Assembly (NCBI GenBank): GCA_963796125.1
Contig: CAWCKM010000045.1
Span: forward strand, 30,226 to 94,225
Origin: Nitrospirota bacterium
GTDB taxonomy: Bacteria > Nitrospirota > Thermodesulfovibrionia > Thermodesulfovibrionales > SM23-35
DNA length: 64,000 nt
Reading direction: 5' to 3'
Shown: piece by piece, positions 30,960-40,843 of the stretch
How the letters are laid out: each line of letters starts with the position of its first letter
How positions within the stretch are numbered: the first letter of the stretch is position 1
Notes under the pieces: model-generated
Databases searched by the model: none
Told to the model about the DNA's origin: nothing
Seen by the model: only the letters and a program-made list of their open reading frames with translations
Translations under genes and position numbers: made by a program

Positions 30960-31835
30960 GTGCTTGCTAAAAGAATAATACCCTGTCTTGATGTAAAAGA
31001 CGGCCGTGTTGTAAAAGGGGTGAGCTTTGTCAATTTAAGGGATGCGGGCGACCCTGTTGAGAATGCAAAGTTCTATGATGAGCAGGGAGCTGATGAACTT
31101 ATTTTTTTGGATATTACTGCCTCCCACGAAAAGAGGAATATAATCTTAGATGTTGTTATGAAAACAGCATCAGATGTTTTTATGCCTCTTACTGTTGGCG
31201 GAGGAATCCGGACTATTGATGATATCAGAGACCTCCTTAAAGCCGGTTCTGACAAAGTATCAATCAATACAGCAGCTGTCAAAGACCCTTATTTTATTAG
31301 CAGGGCAGCAGAAAAGTTCGGGACCCAGTGTATCGTTGTTGCAATTGATGCAAAAAGAGTTTATGGCAGTTTGCCCGATACTACTCGGTGAAAGTGGTTT
31401 GAGGACAAAACCTTAGAAAGTGTGCATCTGAAATCTTCTGAAAAAGTCCCTTCCGTCTCCCCTTTATTAAAAGGGGGCGAAGGGGGATTATGGGCTATCT
31501 CGACGCATGGTGGGCGAAAGATGAAACCTATCAATGCTGTTCAATGGGCAAGAAAAATGGAAGAACTCGGTGCCGGAGAGATCATGCTTACGAGCATGGA
31601 TATGGATGGGACGAAAGATGGATATGATATTGAATTAACCCGTACTATATCGGAATCTGTCTCTATTCCTGTTATCGCCTCAGGCGGGGCCGGGAATCTC
31701 GAACACTTATACGAAGCCCTTGCATATGGAAAGGCAGACGCAGTCCTTGCAGCATCTATATTTCATTACAGGGAATATACAATTAGGGAAGCAAAAGAGT
31801 ATCTGAAGTCTAAGGGGGTAACTGTCAGGCTGTAG
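30960..31835 (+). pseudogene. hisF: HisF (imidazole glycerol phosphate synthase cyclase subunit), interrupted by an in-frame insertion carrying TGA (31389-31391)
   Basis: ORFs 30960-31391 and 31422-31835 are in the same frame. VVAIDAKRV...[insert]...STHGGRK...[14 protein letters not shown] matches HisF on both sides. Confidence 0.9.
31368..31487. repeat. ~120-nt repeat-derived insertion inside hisF (boundaries approximate)
   Basis: Contains the CCCCTTT-ATTA-AAAGGGG hairpin plus GCGAAGGGGGAT, closely resembling the central module of the 8896-8998 element. Also contains the GAAATCTTCTGA motif seen at 15990. Confidence 0.65.
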
Positions 31836-32883
31836 CTTTACTGCCTCCGGGTATCGTAATTTCCGGTGTAAGTAATTTTAGCTCTATTCTCAAGGCTTCA
31901 ATTATTTCGGCAGCACTGGTGCAGTCCTCAGTGTGAATATGGTGCCTTTTCTTGATAGCTGTTACTTCTACCTCACGGAAAGCTCTTTGCATCAGAGTAT
32001 CTTGCACAGAGAGAAGCGGCAACCTTTAATGTCTCGTCTGTAATCTCTCCGACTATCAGGGTTGTCGGACTTCCATAGCCCTCGACCTTCAGGAGACAAC
32101 CTTTTGCAGACAGGGACCAGATTTTCTCGTTCTCTATTTTGTTCCTTCCAACTATAATTTTGCATGAGGGAGAGAACCTGAAATGCCTGCCGATCCTTAA
32201 AAGACTCAGGTCGTCTAAATCTGGATCAGGTTGATAAGTGAGCAGATCTTTCAGTCTGTGTGCATAGTGAGGTTCTGTAAGAAGACACCCCCCTGCAGGT
32301 GCTGGATAGTCTGTAAGACCGAAATCCTTTGCAAGAGTCATCTGGGGTTTTCTTGAGCGACCTCTAAAGTCAAAAAGCATTTCCCTATTTATTATGCCTT
32401 TGATTTCAGGAATTGTAATTTTCAACAGTTTTGCACTGAGTGGCCTTAGAACATAATCTGTAACGCCTGCCTCCTTATCAATAAGGTAGAGTATATTTTT
32501 TCTCTGGCTCATTGGTCTCTGGCCAAGAACCTCACCAGAAATTATGAAATCTGCCTCTGTTTTTTCCATAAAGTCCTTTGCTGCTTTAAGCATAAGGATT
32601 CTGCAATCTATACAGGGGTTCATATTTTTGCCATAACCAAATTTCGGTTTCTTTACTATCTCCATGAATTGATCTGATAGTTCAAAGATTCTAACCTCAA
32701 ATCCGAACTTTTCTGCAGTGGAAAGGAGGTTTCTAGGAGACGAAGATCTGTCGGATATTTCATGATCGAAAGGGCGTGAAAAATTTTAATGCTGTAACCT
32801 CTGATTCCCTGTCTGAGGACTGTCAGGATCGAGAGTGTGCTGTCAAGGCCTCCTGAGAATAATGCGACCGCTCTATGAGTCAT
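31825..32883 (-). pseudogene. PP-loop superfamily ATPase (ThiI/MnmA-like tRNA thiolation type), at least 2 frameshifts
   Basis: N-terminal ALFSGGLDS PP-loop (32656-32883), NPCIDC...ISGEVLGQRPMSQ core (31973-32665) and a probable C-terminal continuation in ORF 31825-32022. Confidence 0.6.
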
Positions 32884-33015
32884 GGATATTCAGTATATAA
32901 ATGATCTCGTCAAATAGTGTTCAAGGATTCGAGGATTCAAGTGTTCTTAGTACTCAACTCCTAAGCCTTGTCCCTCACCTTATTTTAAAACTTTTTGAGA
33001 TGAACCTTAGTGTAT

Positions 33016-33996
33016 TTATAGTTTATCATGATTTGCAACTAAGGACTTCCGCAATTGATCAGGTGTTGCTACTGCTGTTCCTACTTTCCCGACAACGATG
33101 CCTGCTGCATGGTTTGCGATAACAGCAGCATTCTTCATGCTTGCACCTGCTGCATGAGCAAGAGTAAAAGCCGCTATTACCGTATCTCCTGCACCTGTTA
33201 CATCATATACATCTTTTGTAACAGTAGGGATATGTGTTACTTTTTCTTTTTCAAAAAGACTCATGCCCTGTTCGCCCCGTGTAATAAGCACCGCGTCGCA
33301 TGAGAGGGTTTTCAGAAGTCTCTTTCCTGCACTGATGAGGGATTTTTCATCCTTGATTTCTATCTCCTGATGCGAGCGATGCCTCTGCAAGGTTAGGGGT
33401 AATAAGGGAGACACCTGTATAAAATTTAAAATGACCTACCTTCGGATCAACAGAGACGAAGATATGAAAAGGTTTTGCAGTCTTTAACACTTCCTTTATG
33501 AGTTCAGAGGAAACAACGCCTTTCTTATAGTCTGATATAATCACTGCGTCATGGGTAGGTATTGCCTCTCGTATGATACTCTAAGAGCTTTTTGAGAAAT
33601 CTTTCCGTCTAACCTGTCTTTATCTTCCTTATCAAACCTTACAACCTGCTGATTATGGGCGATCACTCTTGTTTTTACTATTGTGTTTCTTGAACACCGG
33701 AAAACACCTTGATATCGGATTCCCTGTTTATCAAGAAGGTTTGTCAAAACATCTCCAGCCCTGTCATTGCCTATTACTCCCACAATAGTTGCACTGCCTC
33801 CAAGGGCTATGATGTTATTTGCTACATTTGATGCCCCTCCAAGGAGAAAGTCCTCTTTTGTGACCTCGACAATAGGTACAGGAGCTTCCGGAGAAATCCT
33901 GTCTACCTTTCCCCATATGTAACGGTCGAGTATCAAGTCTCCGATGACAAGTATCTTTTTCCTTGTAAATTCTTTAAGAATTTTGTTGTAATTCAT
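33016..33996 (-). pseudogene. rfaE: D-glycero-beta-D-manno-heptose-7-phosphate kinase (RfaE domain I), two frameshifts
   Basis: Three consecutive ORFs in alternating frames: KILVIGDLILDRYIWG...; IISDYKKGV...; TGAGDTVIAAF...GIVVGKVGTA (PfkB kinase motifs). Confidence 0.85.
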
Positions 33997-34070
33997 GAAA
34001 TATTTATTATTCTATTCTCCACTTAGCTTTCTTTTCAAGCAGTTAAAGTAAGAAAAAGCAAAGATTGAGG

Positions 34071-34448
34071 TTATTTTTGAGGGAATATAGGGATAACAGG
34101 TTCAATGAACAGGGGATACTGTTCTGGCTCTGTGTCTGTATATGCTGACCATTTTTCTATTTTACCGCTTCTAAAAATCTTCAGGTGTACATTATCGCCT
34201 TTAATAACAAGCGTTTTCTCATCAGCATCCCAGTGTATTTCAAATGCCTTTATCTGATCATAATCATACAGCACGATTGTTTTTTCAGTAGGACCTATAA
34301 CAACTGTTTTTTCTGAACTTTCTGAAATGATGTAACCATCTTTATCAGTAATAAAATATCCTCCGGCATTTATTATGGTTGGTTTAGTGATAACAACAAT
34401 AAGAATGAGTATGGCCGTCATGTATGTGTACTTATAATTACTTTTCAT
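34071..34448 (-). CDS. Hypothetical exported protein downstream of motB
   Basis: 125-aa ORF with an N-terminal hydrophobic anchor and no recognisable family. Same strand and close spacing to motAB. Confidence 0.4.
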   Translation of the reverse strand: MKSNYKYTYMTAILILIVVITKPTIINAGGYFITDKDGYIISESSEKTVVIGPTEKTIVLYDYDQIKAFEIHWDADEKTLVIKGDNVHLKIFRSGKIEKWSAYTDTEPEQYPLFIEPVIPIFPQK

Positions 34449-34496
34449 TCTTATTCTCGGATCACAACATTGACGAGAGATGACACTCTCTCATAA

Positions 34497-35283
34497 TTAT
34501 GAAGACGCTTCTCCATTACTGGTTGGGAACATGAGTATTATGCTTATCCTCCTGTTTCTTGGGTCTTTTGTATTTTCTTTTATAAGAGGCACGGTAGCTG
34601 CATAACCTGCCACCCGTGTAAGACGGTTAGGATCAACACCATATTGTTCGAGTTCTTTCCGTGCTGTTAAGGCACGTTCTGTTGAGAGTTCCCAGTTGCT
34701 ATAGTAAGTAGAACTATACATCAGGGAATCAGTGTGACCCTCTACTGCAAGCGGATTAGGCATAGACTTTATATTATCAGCAATGACCTGTAATATCCTC
34801 AAAGCAATAGGTGTTGGCTTTGAGGAACCAAGGTCAAACATTGCCTTTCCCTCTTGATCTACAAGCTGAATACGGACCCCTCCTTCAAAGACATCAACAA
34901 GTATCTGATCCTTAATGTCTCCGAGTTTTTCTTCTATCGCATTTTTTAATGTTTCTTTAAATTCCTCTGGTTTCATGGCAAAAGCACCTTGCAGTTCTTT
35001 GAAAACTTGTTCTTCGGATTTGCCTGCCTCATTGAGGATCTCGCTGGATTTGTCCATAAAGGACTGACCGCTCTGTGTGAAAGATCGTGAAATGTTTGAA
35101 ATAAGAAGCAACTCTCGCCCTCTTTTCCGGCGCTATCATGGTTATGAGCCACATCATGAGGAAGAAGGCCATGAGGGCGGTAACAAAATCAGCATAGGCA
35201 ACCTTCCATTGGCCGCCATGGCTCTCTTCCTCATCACTCTTAATAATCTTTTTAATGATGATCTTCTGATCTTTATCCCTCAT
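34497..35283 (-). pseudogene. motB: Flagellar motor stator protein MotB, one frameshift near 35030-35110
   Basis: N-terminus WKVAYADFVTALMAFFLMMW (35029-35283) and a C-terminal OmpA-like domain (34497-35111) in different frames. ATGA overlap with motA. Confidence 0.85.
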
Positions 35284-36137
35284 TTTGGGTTTCCCCTGAT
35301 CTCATTTTCTAATTCTTCGAAAGTCGGCTTTTCTTTGCCCGGCATCGCACGTCTGCCAAACTCGACCGCCATCTGGGGTGGTGCACCTCCAACAAATGCT
35401 ACGAGCGCTACTCTTATGACCTTTAAAAAAACAATGTCTTCTTTTGTTTTATGTTCAAGATTTGTTGCCAATGGTCCTACAAAACCATAACACATCAAAA
35501 CTCCAAGAAATGTTCCAACAAGGGCAGCTCCAATGCTGTGTCCGAGCACCGAAGGAGGCTGGTCAATTTTCCCCATTGTCAGAACAACTCCAAGAACGGC
35601 TGCAACAATACCAAGTCCCGGCAAGGCATCTGCCACCTTAGCAATGCTCTTGGACGGTATCAGAGCCTCATGGTAGTGAGTTTCAGTCTCGAGTTCCATT
35701 AAATTCTCGAGCTCATGAGGTATGACGTTGGTTGTTATAATAATTTTAAGATTATCACATATAAAATTCGTTAAATGACCATGTGACAGGGTATTCTTGT
35801 ATTTGTTAAAAATGGGACTATTATCCGGTTTTTCGATATCTGACTCTATCGATATGAGACCTTCTTTCCTGATCTTTGAAAATAGCTGATAGAGAAGTAA
35901 CAGGAGGTCAAGATATTTTGCCTTATCCGGACTTTTTGAAGTTACAATTGCGGCGACATTCTTGACAACAGCAGTAATAACTTTAGGAGGAGATGCTATG
36001 AAAAAGGCACCCAATGCAGCACCAAATATGATAACGAACTCTGCGGGCTGGATGAGAATATACGGGTTTCCTTTTTCCATCATGAAACCGATTATGACGG
36101 ATCCGGAAACTAATAATAATCCTATGATTGCAAACAT
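35280..36137 (-). CDS. motA: Flagellar motor stator protein MotA
   Basis: 285 aa. Four TM segments and the conserved C-terminal MotA/TolQ/ExbB channel region. Confidence 0.9.
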   Translation of the reverse strand: MFAIIGLLLVSGSVIIGFMMEKGNPYILIQPAEFVIIFGAALGAFFIASPPKVITAVVKNVAAIVTSKSPDKAKYLDLLLLLYQLFSKIRKEGLISIESDIEKPDNSPIFNKYKNTLSHGHLTNFICDNLKIIITTNVIPHELENLMELETETHYHEALIPSKSIAKVADALPGLGIVAAVLGVVLTMGKIDQPPSVLGHSIGAALVGTFLGVLMCYGFVGPLATNLEHKTKEDIVFLKVIRVALVAFVGGAPPQMAVEFGRRAMPGKEKPTFEELENEIRGNPK

Positions 36138-36174
36138 ATATTTTTATTCTTATGAATCACGTTTTTCTTGTTAT

Positions 36175-36940
36175 TTAAGGAACATCTATTCGTTTCTGTT
36201 GTCTATCTTTTCTGATTATCTCTCTCTGACGATTGATGGCGTATCGGATTATCTCTTCCCTCACCTCTTCATCCATATCAGAAAAATGCAACGATACTTC
36301 ATACTGACCATTTCCAATCTCATTGACTCTGACAACATTTCCGTGTGTAAGTATTCCTATAGGGGGTCCTGTGGGTAAAAGCATCTTTATCTCAAGCTTA
36401 TCTCCGGCCGTAACTTTTTCATCTATGGTAAACCGTATTCCTGATGCACTGAGATTCACTATTTTTTCTTCACTCTTTTTAAAACCTTCACTCTCAAAAC
36501 GAAGGCTGTCGAGAATTATGGTTAACTTGGCATTGATATCAACAAGCATTTGCCATAGTTTTGGGTTGATAGCCTCATCTGGCAAAGCAATGTCAGGTGT
36601 CTCTGCGTCATATCCCCTGAATATTTTTGATTTCATGTGCGGTACCTCAGCCTTAATCCTTTTTGCTTCAACAGGGAAAACATCATCTACCCTAAAATAA
36701 CTGCGCTTTTCTTTCCAGGCCTGTTTCAAGGTCAGGATATTACCTTTTACATGTGACAGCCTCGGTATAGTATTTGAAGTCAGAGCCTGTGACAACAACA
36801 TATTTTCCTCTTTGGATATTCTGAATATCTTTGGTTTGCAAAACGATGGTGTTCTCATCTATAGATACTACTGTTGCACTATATTTTGTAATCTCAGGCA
36901 TGATGCTGTAATTAACAGTTTCTCCCTTACTGAGTCCCAT
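36175..36940 (-). pseudogene. YcgR-like PilZ-domain protein (c-di-GMP flagellar brake type), one frameshift near 36800-36860
   Basis: The PilZN-like N-terminus (36740-36940) and PilZ domain with RSYFR (RxxxR) and NLSASG (D/NxSxxG) motifs (36175-36858) are in different frames. Confidence 0.7.
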
Positions 36941-37005
36941 ATATACCTCTTAGTTTTCTCCTGTCATTTTTTTAAAGACCATATCTCAGTTCAATGGCCT
37001 GTCGG

Positions 37006-37581
37006 CTATACTCCCTTAACGAGTCTTTCCTTCAGAATTTCTACATCTTGAGATGTCAGGACATTCAGTGTTTTTAATCGTTCCATCCGCTCAATCATAC
37101 CAAGCGTGATCTCAGGATTATTGCTCTGTGCTGTAGTCTTGATAACTTCCATATCCTGATATGTATCCCTGAGGTATTGCAATAGCTCTTTATTTTCATT
37201 TATTAAGATCGATCTTTTGTATGCCTTTTCAACGAGAAAAGCAATCTCTTCAGCCTTAAAGGGTTTTGTCAGATAGTCATAGGCACCTTCTTTGACTGCC
37301 TCAAGTGTAGATTCAAGATTAACGAAAGTGGTGAGGATGACAACAGCAGTATCAGGATTGATACGGAGCGCATACTTGAGAATTTCAATACCATTGACAC
37401 CGGACATCTTAAGGGCAGTCAGAATAAGACTGATATTTTCTGTTTTGAGTATTCTTAAAGCATCAAACCCGTCGTTTGCCAGCACAACGACATAGCCCTC
37501 TTTCGAGAGCAGAGATCTCATCACATCTTGAATTAACCTGTCATTGTCAGCAATAAGGATCTTAAAGTCTTTTTTGGTCAC
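37006..37581 (-). CDS. CheY-like receiver protein lacking the phospho-acceptor Asp
   Basis: The receiver fold is recognisable (ILIADND, VVILTT, LTKPF), but the position after beta3 reads LILTALKMSG, with Ala where Asp is expected. The C-terminal ~65 aa are unassigned. Confidence 0.75.
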   Translation of the reverse strand: MTKKDFKILIADNDRLIQDVMRSLLSKEGYVVVLANDGFDALRILKTENISLILTALKMSGVNGIEILKYALRINPDTAVVILTTFVNLESTLEAVKEGAYDYLTKPFKAEEIAFLVEKAYKRSILINENKELLQYLRDTYQDMEVIKTTAQSNNPEITLGMIERMERLKTLNVLTSQDVEILKERLVKGV

Positions 37582-37704
37582 TCTTTTACTTGCCTCATTT
37601 CTTTAGCCTTAGGTTATTGGCAGTGTAATAACCTTTTTTAGGACCCCTGCTACAGCAAATCATGTTTCTTTTTTGAGCATTGCACATTTATCCCTGATAT
37701 TTTT

Positions 37705-37731
37705 TTATCGAAATATTTCAGAGAAACTTTA
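37705..37731 (-). promoter_or_regulatory. Sigma-28 (FliA)-type promoter for the receiver-PilZ-motAB operon
   Basis: The minus strand reads TAAAGTTT-N11-TTCGATAA, against the consensus TAAAGTTT-N11-GCCGATAA. Confidence 0.65.
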
Positions 37732-37810
37732 ATTGCCATTACGGAGTGTCATAATCTCTCTATTTTTTCTGTTCTTGTCTGTTCTTGAGAGACATGGGTG
37801 CTCAAAGAAT

Positions 37811-37837
37811 TTAAGTTTTCGGTTGAAAGTTCGATAA
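37811..37837 (+). promoter_or_regulatory. Sigma-28 (FliA)-type promoter for flagellin
   Basis: TTAAGTTT-N11-TTCGATAA lies ~170 nt upstream of the flagellin GTG, divergent from the 37705 promoter. Confidence 0.65.
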
Positions 37838-38005
37838 GACTAAAGAGGTTGAAAAAATATGGTCAAAAAGGAGGTGAAACAAGTAGAAGATAAAAGGAGG
37901 TGAAGTAAACAGAAGAGACCTTTTTCATGCCTCGAACTAATGCCGATGATTCGGCAAAAATGGCAAGGATTGCCATAAAAAACCTTAGAAAAAGGAGAGA
38001 TTATA

Positions 38006-38826
38006 GTGGCTATTAACGACATTTCGTTAACCGCAGGAATGAGGGCGAACCTCATCAGTCTTCAAGGGAGCGGTAGACCTCCTCAACAGGACACAGGAAC
38101 GTCTGGCAACAGGGAAGAAAATCAACAGCGCTCTTGATAATCCGACCGCCTATTTTGCTTCGCAGGCGCTTCTTGCACGTGCATCAGACCTTTCTGTCCT
38201 CAAGGACGGTATGGGCCAGGCTATTCAGACAATTAAGGCAGCAGATGCCGGCATTAAGGGAATAACAGCGCTGATTGAGGCTGCAAAAGGTCTTACACAA
38301 TCTGCAAGAACTGCAGATACAGCAGGTCGTGCAGCTTTAGCAACCCAGTTTGATGATTTGCTCACCCAGATTGATGAGCTGGCTCTTGATTCCGGATATC
38401 AAGGCACGAATCTCCTTGATGCTGATGACCTGGTTGTCAACTTTAATGAAGATGGAACATCGTCAGCTCACAATTACTGGTTTTGATGCAAGCGCAACAG
38501 CTGGCCTTGGAATAGCCGCTGCTGCAACCGCTTGGGTAGCAGATGCTGACATCGATGCTGCTGTAACGGACCTGGATGCAGCTATTAGCACGTTGAGAAC
38601 TAATTCTTCGGTTCTTTCGTCCAACCTGAATGTTGTTACCAACCGTGAGGATTTCACCACGAATATGATTAAAGCCCTCACTGAAGGTTCTGACAAACTT
38701 ACCCTTGCTGATATGAACGAGGAAGGTGCAAACATGCTCATGTTACAGACACGCCAGGCACTCAGCACCACTGCCTTGAGCTTATCTGCTCAGGCAGCCC
38801 AATCGGTTTTAAGGTTATTCGCTTAG
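38006..38826 (+). pseudogene. fliC: Flagellin (short, ~273 aa), two frameshifts (near 38065 and 38460)
   Basis: Three frames in series: VAINDISLTAGMRANLISLQG; VDLLNRTQERLATGKKINSALDNPTAYFAS...; ...LRTNSSVLSSNLNVV...QTRQALSTTALSLSAQAAQSVLRLF. RBS AAAGGAGAG at 37991. Confidence 0.85.
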
Positions 38827-38835
38827 CAGGTGTGC

Positions 38836-38867
38836 GAGCAAGGGGAAGGTAAATCTTCCCCTTGCTC
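38836..38867 (+). terminator. 13-bp perfect stem-loop just 3' of flagellin (terminator, attenuator or mRNA stabiliser)
   Basis: GAGCAAGGGGAAG-GTAAAT-CTTCCCCTTGCTC. No clean U-tract follows, so function as an intrinsic terminator is uncertain. Confidence 0.5.
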
Positions 38868-38910
38868 AAAGAAATGTTTTACAAGGCAAAAAGGAGTTGC
38901 TGGAAAAACA

Positions 38911-39318
38911 ATGGCACTGAAAATCAGATTAAAACCAAAAGAAAAGGTAATCATTGGTAGTGCTGTTGTCACCAACGGTAAAAACAATAGTGATTTGGTC
39001 ATCGAGAACAACATCCCAATACTTCGTGAAAAAGATATCATAAATGAAGAAGATGCCAACACCCCTTGTCGCAGAATTTATTTTGTTGTTCAACTCATGT
39101 ATATTGACGAAAAAAATATGGCAGATCACCATAATACCTATTGGCAATTAGTGCGCGATGTAGTTAATGCATGTCCAAGCACAATACTATTCATTGATCA
39201 AATAAGTCAGCATATCCTGAGTGGGCAGCATTATAAAGCTCTCAAAATTGCCCGTAAATTGGTAGCTTACGAACAGGAGGTAGTGAAGAATGCACGCAGC
39301 TCAATTAGATGCATATAG
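38911..39318 (+). CDS. flbT: Flagellar biosynthesis repressor FlbT
   Basis: MALKIRLKPKEKVIIGSAVVTNG...ILREKDII...TPCRRIYFVVQLMYI...YKALKIARKLVAYE aligns along its length with Caulobacter-type FlbT as I recall it. Confidence 0.88.
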   Translation: MALKIRLKPKEKVIIGSAVVTNGKNNSDLVIENNIPILREKDIINEEDANTPCRRIYFVVQLMYIDEKNMADHHNTYWQLVRDVVNACPSTILFIDQISQHILSGQHYKALKIARKLVAYEQEVVKNARSSIRCI

Positions 39319-39660
39319 GACTGCCCTGAAAACAACGATGTCCGGCCGGGAGATAGAGGCGTCGGTACTTACTAAAGCAGCGCTGATGCTCAAGAACTGT
39401 CAGGAAAACTGGGATTCCGAAAACGGCAATGCAAAACTGGAGGAGGCTCTTAAATTCAATCAGCTTATCTGGAGTATATTCCAGGGTGAGTTAACAAAGG
39501 CTGATAATCCCCTTCCAAAAAGCTGAAAGAAGATATTCTCAGTCTGGCAGTATTTATAGATAAAAGGATTTTTGATGTCATGGCGTATCCATCACCTGAA
39601 AAACTTACAGTCATTATCAATATCAATCTTAGCATTGCTGCCGGTCTCCAGGGACGTTAA
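39290..39660 (+). pseudogene. flaF: Flagellar regulator FlaF, frameshift in the A-run at 39517-39521
   Basis: N-terminal ORF 39290-39526. After PLPK the conserved C-terminus (LKEDILSLAVFIDKRIF...INLSIAAGL) continues in the +2 frame to the TAA at 39658-39660. Confidence 0.78.
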
Positions 39661-39762
39661 ATCTATTACTCTTTAACCTGAACAATATAAGCTTCCAGCC
39701 TATAGGTTGTAATTAAATTCAATTCTCTGTGCTGCCTTGATAGATTCCAGCTTCAAAACAGG

Positions 39763-40843
39763 CTACTTCAAAAAATCAAGCAGTGATTGTGACAGTATCC
39801 GGGATGCTGATTCCCTTAATGCCTGCAGTGCCGTCTCTGTCTTGAGGATCTCTGTTATCGTTTCTTCCATGTCAGCATCTTCTGTTTCTGTAAAGGCCAT
39901 TTTTCAGGTTCAGGGTGGTGTTATCAAGTCTTGTCTTTTGGTCATCGAGATGAACCTGTCTTGTGCCGATCTCTGCCTGAGCTTGTAAAACCTGATTGCG
40001 GGCTGCGTCAAGAGGAATTGAAAGAGCCAGTAACCTGCGCATTGCCATCTCTTCGCGTATGGCAGGATCTGGGTTTAGATCCGAACCATCAGTATCTTTA
40101 TGTTCCCAGGCAAAACTTAACGTATTGGCAATATCCATGATGTTAGAGACAGAGAATGTATCGTATCCAGGGTCTCCTGCATTCCCTATTTCAACAGTGA
40201 TTGTGGTAATACCTGTTGATGGGTCAGTCGTTTGAGTGAAATTGAGCGGGGTTCCATCAGGGAGTTCTGTCGGCAATGGTCCTTCAAGGGAAAAACTGAA
40301 TGCCTTGCTTCCCTGAATATTCAAGGGGAGTGTTGCTCCTGTATCGAAGGGTATCTGTATTTCACCCAGGTCGCCGTTATAGTCAAAACGGCAGGTGCTG
40401 GAATTATAGGTAAATGCGATCTGGTCAGTTTTATATCCTGAGAAAATATATCTGTCTCTTAAGGTAGAATTCGATAATTCAAGAAGGAAGTCTCTCCATT
40501 CGGCAGCCTGTTTTGCATAGAAAGACCTGTTTTCTTCGGTCTGATTGTTCCCTCCCATGGAGAGTAATTCTTTTAATTTCAGCAGGCTGTTTGAAACAGA
40601 ATTCAGGACTTTATCAGTAAATTGGAGATGGAAGTTTGCTTCCTCGATATTGCATTTGTACTGTCCGGCGGTGTTAATGCTCAACCGGTAATCCAGTGCC
40701 CTCATCATTCCGATAATGTCATCTGAGGGCTTGTCTATTCTTTTCCCTGATGCTAATTGGGTATTTAATTTCGCATAATCTTCCATATTCCTTTGGAGTG
40801 CACGTGTAAGCTGATTGAATATCATAAAAGAAGTTATTCTCAT
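39763..40843 (-). pseudogene. flgL: Flagellar hook-associated protein FlgL, frameshift near 39890-39905
   Basis: N-terminal MRITSFMIFNQLTRALQ... The conserved C-terminus TETEDADMEETITEILKTETALQA...SQSLLDFLK is in another frame and ends at 39763. Confidence 0.85.

Noticed and set aside
30880-31391. TGA recoding (selenocysteine, or a genetic code with TGA as sense) to explain the in-frame TGAs in hisA and hisF
   Set aside because: TGA terminates many well-conserved genes here at their expected ends, for example parA, coaX and the geranylgeranyl reductase. I saw no SECIS-like hairpin immediately after either TGA. The hisF TGA lies within inserted repeat DNA.
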